Origin: Caldisericota bacterium
GTDB lineage: Bacteria; Caldisericota; Caldisericia; JAAYUI01
Assembly: GCA_029548865.1 (NCBI GenBank)
Contig: JAKPMO010000007.1
Span: 30,264 to 94,263, forward strand
Length of the DNA: 64,000 bases
Reading direction: 5' to 3'
Of the stretch, positions 1 to 9,632 are shown piece by piece. Below the pieces are notes generated by a model. It made no database searches, was not told the origin of the DNA, and saw only the letters and a program-made list of their open reading frames with translations. Both the position numbers and the translations under genes were made by a program. How positions within the stretch are numbered: position 1 is the stretch's first letter; every line of letters begins with the position of its first letter.

Positions 1-1871
1 TGTTAATTATAAATAACGGTATTTACATGGCGAAAAAACATTCTTTTGCAAAATACTCTCTTTGCAATCCATGTAAATGCAAGATCGAAACATTTTGGGA
101 AAAAACCAAAAACGACACAATCAATCTTGAGGTGTGCCCCCTTGAAGAAAAACAGGCAAATTTCATTCTAAAAAATGATAATCCATCGGCAATTGTTGAG
201 TGTTCATTAAAATCCTCCTCCGATCATATCATATTGAGCGAAACAGCAGTAACGCTGAATCCTGAAAATGAAAAAACAATAATGGTCAGATATTGTGCAA
301 AAAAAGACGAACCGGACATATCCACAGAGGAAATAACAGTGACCACAAATTGTAATCAAGAAATCAAACTGGTCATCCAAACAACAAGAAAAACCGACTG
401 CAAAGAAAAATTGAAGAAAATATGGGAAACGGAGGGTTTTAATTTTTATTTGTTTGGGAGCAATCTCGTGGATATCAAATCTGACCTTAAAGCTCTAGAT
501 AAAACCATTGGGTCTGTGAACTTCAAAACTGGCAAACAAGCGTGGTCCTTGAAACTAAGCCAAATAGCCCCAGAAAACATGCCAATAGAGGATGTAATAA
601 TGCATGGAGTCAATCTGGTTCTCCGCTTGAAAGCCGAAGGCAAGGATGATTTATGGGTATCTATTGATACAAAAAATGGCAAACTCAAATGGAAAAGGAA
701 CGGCGGGGAGCCATGGGCAGAAGATGAATATCTGTCCAATGAAAATCGCGTTGTAACCTATTTCAGTCTGGATACAGGAAAAACATTGTGTTCTTCAATA
801 AAAATCCCCGATTATGCTTATATAACTCCTGTATTTATAAAGAATGACAAATACTTTTTAAAATTTGATTGCAGTGAAGACGAATTGAAAGAAACAGTTT
901 GTTACGACGCCAAGGGGAAGATTCTCTGGAAAACAAAAAGATTTTATCTCGACTATCTAGGACAAGGGAAATGCAAAAATTTATATTTAACCGATATAAA
1001 CATCAGCGATGATTTTCAAAAAGAAGAAGCGAAACAGCATAAGCTTGTAAGAATTGATCCAGCCACAGGAAAAGTTTTGTGGTCATTCGAAATTATCGGC
1101 ATACCTGAGGCAATAAGCGAAAGCGACACCATGCTGTATTTTTTTGATACATATGGTATTTATTGCCTAAACAACAAGGATGGATCGATTATCTGGCAAG
1201 AGAAATCCCATAAAATAATATTGAGTGCAGATATTCTAAATGGTTTCATAGTATACCGGAATAGCAATGGTGACGATAAAGCCGGCGGAATTGATCTTTA
1301 TGTTTTAGATCCGAAAAATGGGAAAGCTCTCTTTAAAAAAGAATTCAATTGGTACGTGAGATGGAGTACTGAAAACAATAATCTTTTTATCAATGATCTG
1401 CAATATGATGACCAAGGTCAATTCGTCGATGTGTTTTGCATTGACATGAAAAAATGGGAACTTATCTGGAAAGCAACAGGCAGAGGCGAAGCAAGAGTAA
1501 TCGGGCAGAAAACAATTTTTATAAGTGAAAACGATCTTTCATGGTTTTTTGATGGCAACCCCCTTGGCAATGCTGAACTTGAGGAATGCACATCTGGGGA
1601 AGATAGATTTGAAAATGATGTTCCAAAATGGTTTGGCAACAACATTTTTGTAAAAAATGGCAGTTACCTACAATCAATAGATGCATCAACTGGCAAAACA
1701 AAATGGAAATTGCGCAAAACAGGCTGGCCCAATATGCAAAAAATTATAGAAACAAGGAAAAGAGGGGCTTTTAACATTCTCATTGGGGAGCTCAAAACAC
1801 CATGTGTCATTGATGGAATTATCTTCAATTCTGAGGGTAAAAATCTGGTCTGTTACAAAGAGACAGATTGA
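1..1871 (+). CDS. PQQ-like beta-propeller repeat protein with Ig-like segment; probably 5'-truncated by the window edge
   Basis: Repeated propeller motifs (IDTKNGKLKW, IDPATGKVLW, IDASTGKTKW). The frame is open from position 3 (LIINNGIY) upstream of ATG 27. Confidence 0.75.
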   Translation, partial: LIINNGIYMAKKHSFAKYSLCNPCKCKIETFWEKTKNDTINLEVCPLEEKQANFILKNDNPSAIVECSLKSSSDHIILSETAVTLNPENEKTIMVRYCAKKDEPDISTEEITVTTNCNQEIKLVIQTTRKTDCKEKLKKIWETEGFNFYLFGSNLVDIKSDLKALDKTIGSVNFKTGKQAWSLKLSQIAPENMPIEDVIMHGVNLVLRLKAEGKDDLWVSIDTKNGKLKWKRNGGEPWAEDEYLSNENRVVTYFSLDTGKTLCSSIKIPDYAYITPVFIKNDKYFLKFDCSEDELKETVCYDAKGKILWKTKRFYLDYLGQGKCKNLYLTDINISDDFQKEEAKQHKLVRIDPATGKVLWSFEIIGIPEAISESDTMLYFFDTYGIYCLNNKDGSIIWQEKSHKIILSADILNGFIVYRNSNGDDKAGGIDLYVLDPKNGKALFKKEFNWYVRWSTENNNLFINDLQYDDQGQFVDVFCIDMKKWELIWKATGRGEARVIGQKTIFISENDLSWFFDGNPLGNAELEECTSGEDRFENDVPKWFGNNIFVKNGSYLQSIDASTGKTKWKLRKTGWPNMQKIIETRKRGAFNILIGELKTPCVIDGIIFNSEGKNLVCYKETD

Positions 1872-2008
1872 TCCACTGATTAAAAAGCTATTATTTAGCA
1901 TTAGAAGGTTTTGTTATATATGACTGTGAGGATATTTTTGATATTGCAATAGCAAGGTTTTTCTTATAATAAACATGTCTGAAAAAACTGGGAACTAGAG
2001 GAGGGACG

Positions 2009-3124
2009 ATGAGAAAAATTGTAAGTATTCTGATTGCCATTGTAATTTCAATGTTTTTTGTGCTTAATCCAATGGGTGCCGGCAAAATTGCCAGTTTGAG
2101 TGAAAAATATTTCGATACTCGCGACAGGTATTTTGATATTGTGGCATACGGATATGATGGGCCACAAAAAATCGAGTACAAGGAGCCATCACCACTTTTC
2201 AGGTATTATGAAGGAGCCATCACTTTTTTTGAATTCGAGATAAAAGATCAAGATGGGACAAATATTGTAGCCCCAAAATTCGATGAAAATGGCAACCCTA
2301 TCAAAATCAAACAAAATGATCCCAAGATTATTGAGAAAATCCTACTCTGTTTGTCTCCCATGATAAATGCAAAGATTGGCAACAATAGCAAAAACTTTAA
2401 GGAAGTGGCACTTGGGATTTACCTGGGCGACAGGGGCTGGGAATATCTTGCATATTCGCTGGATTTTCCAGAGCATCATCACTTCAACAGAGCAAGCTCC
2501 ATGAGCGATAAAATATATCCCTACGGCACTTTTTCAATCGTAGACAATGATTTCAATTTTGAGGTTTATGAGTACTACGGGGTAATGCACCAAAGAACAA
2601 GAGCTGAGGCGTTTAATCCCGATTTGTGCAACATTCATGAATATCCTGGTCTGGATGAAATGGCTGAAATATCTTATAGCAGATATGATTTTGGCCAAGG
2701 CTATCTTCAAACAGGATATGGGCCTGGCAAATATTGTCTCGCTGGGCAACAACGCGAATGGGCTGAAAACGCGTTAACATCAAGAAGGGAGATGGGCGGT
2801 GAAATCCTGATCGATATTCGCTTTCTCTCGGAAGTGCTTTTTTCTCCAATGATTTATAATGACAGCAAATCCTGCACCATAAAAAGATTGTGCCAGCTGA
2901 AAAGTTCCGAAATCGAGCTTGTTGAATTGAAATTCACTGCAGATAGAAAAAAAGTGCTGGTAAATGGTGTCGAGAAGGATTTATCAGAGGCCCCTACAAT
3001 AATAAACGATAGGCTATATGTTCCCGTTGCTGATGCATGCAAATTCCTTAAGGCCAATTGTCATATTCGTGGTACTGACGGGGCAGTCCTTATCGCCAGA
3101 TTTTTTGCCCCAATGCGTGACTGA
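2009..3124 (+). CDS. Secreted protein with C-terminal copper amine oxidase N-terminal (stalk)-like domain, paralogue 1
   Basis: RBS GAGGAGG, signal peptide, C-terminal VLVNG..LSEAPTIINDRLYVP, ends ARFFAPMRD. Confidence 0.75.
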   Translation: MRKIVSILIAIVISMFFVLNPMGAGKIASLSEKYFDTRDRYFDIVAYGYDGPQKIEYKEPSPLFRYYEGAITFFEFEIKDQDGTNIVAPKFDENGNPIKIKQNDPKIIEKILLCLSPMINAKIGNNSKNFKEVALGIYLGDRGWEYLAYSLDFPEHHHFNRASSMSDKIYPYGTFSIVDNDFNFEVYEYYGVMHQRTRAEAFNPDLCNIHEYPGLDEMAEISYSRYDFGQGYLQTGYGPGKYCLAGQQREWAENALTSRREMGGEILIDIRFLSEVLFSPMIYNDSKSCTIKRLCQLKSSEIELVELKFTADRKKVLVNGVEKDLSEAPTIINDRLYVPVADACKFLKANCHIRGTDGAVLIARFFAPMRD

Positions 3125-3232
3125 GGACCATAATGTAATACAGATAAGTGTTTCAACAAAAATTTCTTCGAACCGTTTTGCCTCTTGGTCCGTTTCTTGT
3201 ATTGGAAACCAATTGAGTCGATGGAGGGCAAA

Positions 3233-4339
3233 ATGAATGTAATTCTCAATCTAAGGAAGTTTGTTCTGGTTCTAGTTGTCTTTGCAATAATTGTCACCCC
3301 ATATTCCAGCCCCAGTTTTGGCATTCAGAAAATGATCTGGCCACAGGACCCTTTTACGATAATCGCATATGAGTATAGGTCATTTTCTGGTGGTTCATTC
3401 TGGTCTTTCAAAAAACCCACGCCAATGCTTTCGTATGAAAAAGGCAAACTCACATTTTATGAATTTGAAATTGTAGAAGACGAGACTGGGAAACACTATT
3501 CACCCGTTCTGGATGAATATGGATCACCGGTCAAGGTTGATCCGGCAGACAAGGACATTGTGAAAAAAGCTGAAAAGATAATTACCAGTAGGCGGCTTTT
3601 TGGCAAGCTTGATGGCCCACAGGGCCGGATTGCTTTGGGAATGTTCTTCCAAGAGGATGACAACTATTATAAATGGAAATACTGCATTTTTGGAAAGGAC
3701 ATCAATAGAAGTCAATATATCTCGGGAACAGACAAGATATATCCAGTCGGTTCAATAAGCTACCTTGATGGGGATTACAACTTTGAGGTGCAGGCATATC
3801 ATGGGTATGCATACCAGGTAGAACGAAGGGAAGCACTCAATCCTGAATACTATGACCGTTACGAAATTCCAGGCCTTGTGGATTTTGGTGAGGCATCATA
3901 TATAAATCGTCAAAGTGGTGCCGGATATCTCTGGCTCAGTGCAAAAGATCCAAAAGTAGTAATTAATACTGTTGAGCATTCCTACACTAATTTTGCACTT
4001 GTGTTGTCTGAAAACCAAATACCGTTCGTTGCTTTAAGCTTTCTTTCCGATGTGCTCTTTGCGCCAATGACGGGTGATGGTGAAACATATACAATCCAAA
4101 GGCTATATAATATCAAAACCACGGAGGTTGAGCTGGTAAAGCTGACATTGACCAAGGACAGTAAAAAAGCACTTATTGATGGCAAAGAGGTTGAGTTATC
4201 CGAACCTCCATTCATGACAGACACTGGGCTTTTTGTCCCACTTCTTGATGTTTGCAAGCTCCTCAAGGCCAACTGCCACTACAGAAAAACTGACTATTCG
4301 GCCATTGTCGCCAGATTTTTCGCTCCAATGAATGAATGA
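3233..4339 (+). CDS. Secreted stalk-domain protein, paralogue 2
   Basis: RBS GGAGG before ATG 3233; ALIDGKEVELSEPP..GLFVPL; ends ARFFAPMNE. Confidence 0.75.
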   Translation: MNVILNLRKFVLVLVVFAIIVTPYSSPSFGIQKMIWPQDPFTIIAYEYRSFSGGSFWSFKKPTPMLSYEKGKLTFYEFEIVEDETGKHYSPVLDEYGSPVKVDPADKDIVKKAEKIITSRRLFGKLDGPQGRIALGMFFQEDDNYYKWKYCIFGKDINRSQYISGTDKIYPVGSISYLDGDYNFEVQAYHGYAYQVERREALNPEYYDRYEIPGLVDFGEASYINRQSGAGYLWLSAKDPKVVINTVEHSYTNFALVLSENQIPFVALSFLSDVLFAPMTGDGETYTIQRLYNIKTTEVELVKLTLTKDSKKALIDGKEVELSEPPFMTDTGLFVPLLDVCKLLKANCHYRKTDYSAIVARFFAPMNE

Positions 4340-4403
4340 CAACAAGCAGATGAAAAACAAGGAAATGAGTCTTTTTTAAATACACGAAAAGAGAGGATGA
4401 ACC

Positions 4404-5534
4404 ATGAAGAAAACAATAATATTTTTGCTTGCATCAATAATCCTGGTGTCCCCATTGGGGCATGCAAAGTCCCTGAACAAAGAGGCTGCCCCTTCGCAGT
4501 TCCCGGACTTCAAAATAGTAGTAGACAAAGACTACTCATTTGAAGATCTGGATAAAAAATATACCATAATGGAGCACACAAAAGAGGAAGGCCTGGTCTT
4601 CTACAGGTTGGAGAAAAAGCAAACTGCAAAATCATTTGCCTACTTGCCAGTTCTGGACAAAAACAACAACCCTGTCAAGCTGAGTCCAAAAGACCCTGAT
4701 TATTGTTATGAAGTTGCTAAAGCTCTCAATGTTTCAATTGCAGCAGTTCAGCTGGAGACTGAGTCTGACATACTAGCGGTATCTATTGTTTTTTACAATT
4801 ATGGTGATTATGAATTTTACACAGCATTGACACAAAGTTCATTTTCTAAACATGGTACCGGTTCATCGGGGTTTGTCAGCTTTGAAAATATGCACAAGTA
4901 CAAAATGTTGTCAAAAGGTAGCGCCTACATAATAGACACCAACCTCAACATCGAGTATCTGAGACTGGAAGACAAAGAATACAAGATAACCCATGAAACA
5001 CTCAACCCGGATCTTGAAGAGAACAACATTATCTATGCCATAGATAATGTTGTTACTCACACTTATTCCAGTTATGACAATGTAGGAGGATACATCCATC
5101 TCCAACTGGACAACCCGATATATACCATAGCTGGCAAACCCATCAAATATTACCCGCCACCCACACTTAAAGACGGTCAGTTGATGGTTGGGCTGGAAAT
5201 TGTCAATAAAATGGGTGCATTTTACGAGAGAATAAAAGATACAAATGGATACAGGATTGTCAAGGCTGATAAAGCAATCCATGGGCCAATAACGGTAACC
5301 GACATCACCATTACAATCGGTGAGAAAAAGGCCATTGTTGATGGCCAGGAGTATGAACTCAGTGCCATACCGTACTATTATACTGTAAAACCTTACAATG
5401 ATAATCCAATGATACCCCTGCGTGATTTTTGCTATCTCCTTAACAATGAGCTTCACTGGAGACCAATTGACAATTCTGCCCTTATTGATAGATTCCAACC
5501 GATAGATCCGAGGGAGCCATTGCCAAAGAAATGA
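4404..5534 (+). CDS. Secreted stalk-domain protein, divergent paralogue 3
   Basis: Signal peptide; PVLDKNNNPVK matches PVLDEYGSPVK of paralogue 2; AIVDGQEYEL..PMIPLR at the C-terminus. Confidence 0.7.
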   Translation: MKKTIIFLLASIILVSPLGHAKSLNKEAAPSQFPDFKIVVDKDYSFEDLDKKYTIMEHTKEEGLVFYRLEKKQTAKSFAYLPVLDKNNNPVKLSPKDPDYCYEVAKALNVSIAAVQLETESDILAVSIVFYNYGDYEFYTALTQSSFSKHGTGSSGFVSFENMHKYKMLSKGSAYIIDTNLNIEYLRLEDKEYKITHETLNPDLEENNIIYAIDNVVTHTYSSYDNVGGYIHLQLDNPIYTIAGKPIKYYPPPTLKDGQLMVGLEIVNKMGAFYERIKDTNGYRIVKADKAIHGPITVTDITITIGEKKAIVDGQEYELSAIPYYYTVKPYNDNPMIPLRDFCYLLNNELHWRPIDNSALIDRFQPIDPREPLPKK

Positions 5535-5546
5535 TGATATAAAATC

Positions 5547-5756
5547 ATGCTTGCCAGCTCCACCACCACAGCTGGCCTCTTCTCTGGTGACATAACTTTT
5601 TCTACTTCTGGAACTGGTAAAACTTACGATAGGTCGGATACTGGATATGCATCAATGTATCGAGATAATCTTCACTTGATAGCTTTTGATAATAACAATG
5701 ATGGTATTGTAGATTACTATGAGTGGGATCTATCAGGGCTTCAAAATTGGCCATAA
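5547..5756 (+). pseudogene. Probable orphan C-terminal gene fragment (69 aa) with a DxNxDG Ca-binding-like motif
   Basis: No clear RBS; protein-like sequence FDNNNDGIVDYYE; stops just before the RBS of paralogue 4. Confidence 0.35.
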
Positions 5757-5772
5757 ATATAAGGAGGAAAAT

Positions 5773-6876
5773 ATGAAAAGTAAATATATTGTACCAATAA
5801 TTCTTGCATTCACATTACTATTTGGCAATGTAGCCAGCTACAGCAGACAAAATGATAATGAAACAATGTTTTCAACTAATGGCAGGTCATTTGAGATAGT
5901 TGCATACAAATATATGGGTGGAAATAAACCCTATGAGTATGGCAAACCGTCCCCATTGCTGGTTTGTGAAGACGGGGAGCTGACATTTTACGAATTTGAA
6001 TGCAAAGATATTGAAGGGTGCCGCCAGGTTGTCCCAAAACTGGACAAAGACGGTTATCCGATAAAAATTCAAAAAAATGATAAAGATATACTTGAGAAAT
6101 TGTTTGTTACACTAAATCCAAGAATAGTTGCCAAAATTGAAAATACAAAACTGAGAATCAATGCCATTGCCCTTGGTATATTTGTTGGAACACAATGGAA
6201 TTTCAACATATACACCAAGGATTTGGTGGAAGAATTTAAGTTAAGGATGGATGCTTCAGGTACAGATAAGATCTATCCTTATGGTTCAATATCGATAATG
6301 GATGATAATTACAATTTTGAGGTTTATGAATACTATGGTGTTATGCATCAAAGAACAAGGGTTGAGTCACTTAACCCTGATTGTTGCGAATACCTTTCTG
6401 ATTATCCTGGATTATACAAGCTAGGTGAGGCATTATATAGTACAGGTGGTTTTGGTCAAGGATACCTATGGGGTAAGGTTGATTCTAATCAGTTTAAAAT
6501 TGCCGGAAGAGATTATGAATGGATTATGCCAGCATTTGTTTGGGGTGAAGGAGGTTTGTTTGTAAATCTTTTATTCCTTACAGATGTTTTGTTTGCACCA
6601 TATACTTCTGATGGGAAGACATACACCATAAAACGATTGTTTCGTAAACAATCTCGCAATGAAACCATCCTTATCGAGCTACAACTAACAAAAAACAGCA
6701 AAAAAGCTTATCTAAATGGCCAGGAAGTGGAACTTTCGCTTGAGCCGTTTGATACGAAAGACGCTTTTTATGTTCCACTCCTGGATGTCTGCAGGCTTCT
6801 CAGGGCAAACTGCCACACCAGTAGGTATGATGGGTCAATCCTCATCGCCAGATTCTTCGCCCCAATGAACGACTAG
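5773..6876 (+). CDS. Secreted stalk-domain protein, paralogue 4
   Basis: RBS AAGGAGG before ATG 5773; NFEVYEYYGVMHQRTR is identical to paralogue 1; ends ARFFAPMND. Confidence 0.75.
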   Translation: MKSKYIVPIILAFTLLFGNVASYSRQNDNETMFSTNGRSFEIVAYKYMGGNKPYEYGKPSPLLVCEDGELTFYEFECKDIEGCRQVVPKLDKDGYPIKIQKNDKDILEKLFVTLNPRIVAKIENTKLRINAIALGIFVGTQWNFNIYTKDLVEEFKLRMDASGTDKIYPYGSISIMDDNYNFEVYEYYGVMHQRTRVESLNPDCCEYLSDYPGLYKLGEALYSTGGFGQGYLWGKVDSNQFKIAGRDYEWIMPAFVWGEGGLFVNLLFLTDVLFAPYTSDGKTYTIKRLFRKQSRNETILIELQLTKNSKKAYLNGQEVELSLEPFDTKDAFYVPLLDVCRLLRANCHTSRYDGSILIARFFAPMND

Positions 6877-6951
6877 AGTCCCTCAGCTCCACAAAAAATT
6901 AATCCATAAAAAAATATAGACAATTTTTTGCTCTTTGTTAGCAACAAATTC

Positions 6952-6980
6952 TTGACTTGGCTGGTCCTTGCTGGCAAAAT
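6952..6980 (+). promoter_or_regulatory. sigma70-type promoter of the valS operon
   Basis: TTGACT-17 nt-CAAAAT with TG extension; AGGAGG RBS downstream. Confidence 0.55.
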
Positions 6981-7015
6981 CCATTGGTCATGACGCACAC
7001 TAACAGGAGGTCCCC

Positions 7016-9631
7016 ATGATGGACGCAGCCTACAACCCGGGGCAGGTTGAAGAAAAGATATATAAATTCTGGATGGATGGCGGATTTTTTGAGTCGCACC
7101 CGGACAAGACAAAAAAACCCTTTGTCATCATGATGCCTCTTCCAAACGTTACCGGCGTCCTGCACACCGGCCACGCCCTGAACAACGGCCTGCAGGACCT
7201 CTGCACAAGATACCACAGAATGAAGGGTGAAAACGCCCTTTATCTGCCCGGTGTTGACCACGCCGGCATTGCGACCCAGATCGTCGTCGAGAAGGAACTC
7301 TACAAAACCGAGGGAAAGTCAAGGTTTGACATCGGCAGGGAAGAGTTTGTGAAAAGGGTCTGGCAGTGGAAGGAAAGGTGCGGCAACACCATTGTCAACC
7401 AGCAAAAGCGCCTTGGCATTTCATGCGACTGGTCGCACTTCCGCTTCACCATGGACGAGCCCTACCAGAAAGCAGTGCGCGAGGTTTTCTGCCACTATTA
7501 TGAAAAAGGCCTCATTTACAGGGGCAAAAAAGTAATCAACTGGTGCCCGAGGTGCCAGACTGTCATATCAGACATCGAGGTGGAGCACGAGGACGCACAG
7601 GGCAACCTCTGGCACATAAAATACCCGTTTGCCGACAATCCTGAAGACGGAATCATTGTCGCCACAACAAGGCCGGAAACCATGCTTGGAGACACTGCTG
7701 TTGCTGTAAATCCCAGCGACGAGAGATACAGGGACCTCGTCGGGAAAAAAGTCATCCTCCCGATTGCTGGAAGGGACATCCCGATCATTGCCGATGAATA
7801 TGTAGACAGGGAGTTTGGCAGTGGCGCCGTGAAGATCACACCAGCCCACGACCCGAATGACTTTGAGGTTGGCAGGAGGCACGACCTCCCGATGCCAGTC
7901 GTAATGGGGCCTGATGGCAGGATGATCGATGTCCCGGAAAGATTTGTTGGCCTCACAATGCTTGAGGCAAGGAAGAAAATCGTTGCCGAACTCGAGGAAA
8001 AAGGTTATCTCATAAAAATTGAACCCCATTCACACGCTGTTGGCCACCACGACAAGTGCAAGACAGTAATTGAACCACTCCTCTCTCCGCAGCTTTTCTT
8101 GAAAATGAAGGAACTTGCACAGCCAGCCATCGACATCGTCAGGGAAAAGGGTGTCAGGTTCACACCGGAGAGATACACGAAGGTCTATTTTGACTGGATG
8201 GAAAACATCCTCGACTGGCCCATCTCAAGGCAGTGCTGGTGGGGCCACAGGATTCCAATTTTCACCTGCGAAAAATGCAACCATGAATTTGCCTCAAGGG
8301 TCGACGTGGAAAGGTGCCCAAAGTGTGGTGGAAAGGTGCACCAGGACGAAGATGCCCTTGATACATGGTTCTCGTCTGCCCTCTGGCCTTTTGCCACGCT
8401 TGGCTGGCCGGACAAAACCGAGGATTTTGAATACTATTACCCTGGCTCACTCCTTCTGACTGCATACGACATCATATTCCTGTGGGTCGCCAGAATGATC
8501 TTCTCCGGGCTGGAGCTTGTCGGGAAGAAACCATTTGATGATGTGTACCTGACAGGACTCATAAGAGACGAACACGGAAGAAAGATGAGCAAGTCTCTTG
8601 CAAATGCAATCGACCCGATTGAAGTCATTGACAAATACGGCGCAGATGCGCTCAGGTTTACCCTCACATACCTCTCGACACTCGGCGGGCAAGACATAAG
8701 CCTCGGCGACAAAGCGCTGACTGAAGGCAGAAACTTCATAAACAAGGTCTGGAATGCCTCGAGGTTCACCATAATGAACCTTGAAGGATACACGCCCGGG
8801 CCAATCGAAAACCCGACATTTGCCGACAGGTGGATCATTTCAAAACTGTCAGAAACTGTCAGGGAAGTGACAGCCTCGTTTGACTGCTTCGATTTCGCCA
8901 AAGCTGCGAGAACGATCTATGATTTCTTCTGGACAGATTTTTGCGACTGGTATGTGGAAATGTCCAAACTCCCGCTTCAATCTGGCGGGAAGGACAAGGA
9001 GAGGACACAGAGGGTCTTGAAACTCGTACTGGACAACACTCTCAGAATACTCCATCCAATAGCCCCATTCGTGACCGAAGAGATATGGCAAAAACTGCCA
9101 CATGAAGGCAAGGCCCTAATTGTGGCGGCCTGGCCAAAACCTGAAGATCTCACCTTCGACAAACAGGCAATGGAGGAGATGGAGGTGCTTCAGGGGGCCG
9201 TAAAATCAATCAGGAACCTCAAGGCAAGCCTCAGGGTGCACCAGGCAATTGTTCCATGCTCATTCATGGCAAAAGGCAACGATGCAATAGTTCTTGAAAG
9301 AGAAAAAGACTTTGTGATAAAACTCGCCAGGATTGAGGGGTTCAACCTTGTGCAGTCACAGCCGGAAGGCACTGTTGTTGCAGTGTTCAAGGACATGAAA
9401 TTCTTCCTTGATCTCTCGGGAAGAATAGACGTAGTCGAGGAGAAAAAGAGGGTTGCAGGCTCAATCGAAAAGACGAGAGCAGAAATGGACAAAATCCAGG
9501 CTCTTCTTTCAAATCCCGACTTCGCAAAGAGAGCCAAACCAGAGGTTGTTGAAAAGAACAGGGCAAGGCAGGAAGAGCTTTCTGCCGAACTATCTGCCCT
9601 CAATGAACTGGCACTTTCGCTTGGAGCCTGA
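7016..9631 (+). CDS. valS: Valine--tRNA ligase
   Basis: PNVTGVLHTGH (HIGH), ATTRPET, KMSKS, DWYVE and a C-terminal coiled coil. Confidence 0.97.
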   Translation: MMDAAYNPGQVEEKIYKFWMDGGFFESHPDKTKKPFVIMMPLPNVTGVLHTGHALNNGLQDLCTRYHRMKGENALYLPGVDHAGIATQIVVEKELYKTEGKSRFDIGREEFVKRVWQWKERCGNTIVNQQKRLGISCDWSHFRFTMDEPYQKAVREVFCHYYEKGLIYRGKKVINWCPRCQTVISDIEVEHEDAQGNLWHIKYPFADNPEDGIIVATTRPETMLGDTAVAVNPSDERYRDLVGKKVILPIAGRDIPIIADEYVDREFGSGAVKITPAHDPNDFEVGRRHDLPMPVVMGPDGRMIDVPERFVGLTMLEARKKIVAELEEKGYLIKIEPHSHAVGHHDKCKTVIEPLLSPQLFLKMKELAQPAIDIVREKGVRFTPERYTKVYFDWMENILDWPISRQCWWGHRIPIFTCEKCNHEFASRVDVERCPKCGGKVHQDEDALDTWFSSALWPFATLGWPDKTEDFEYYYPGSLLLTAYDIIFLWVARMIFSGLELVGKKPFDDVYLTGLIRDEHGRKMSKSLANAIDPIEVIDKYGADALRFTLTYLSTLGGQDISLGDKALTEGRNFINKVWNASRFTIMNLEGYTPGPIENPTFADRWIISKLSETVREVTASFDCFDFAKAARTIYDFFWTDFCDWYVEMSKLPLQSGGKDKERTQRVLKLVLDNTLRILHPIAPFVTEEIWQKLPHEGKALIVAAWPKPEDLTFDKQAMEEMEVLQGAVKSIRNLKASLRVHQAIVPCSFMAKGNDAIVLEREKDFVIKLARIEGFNLVQSQPEGTVVAVFKDMKFFLDLSGRIDVVEEKKRVAGSIEKTRAEMDKIQALLSNPDFAKRAKPEVVEKNRARQEELSAELSALNELALSLGA

Positions 9632-9632
9632 A

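Noticed and set aside
2009..6876. Diversity-generating retroelement acting on the paralogue array
   Set aside because: No reverse transcriptase in the window. Differences between copies are not adenine-specific and the 3' ends are the most conserved part.
6877..7015. T-box riboswitch upstream of valS
   Set aside because: The promoter is only about 35 nt from the start codon; there is no T-box sequence or terminator.
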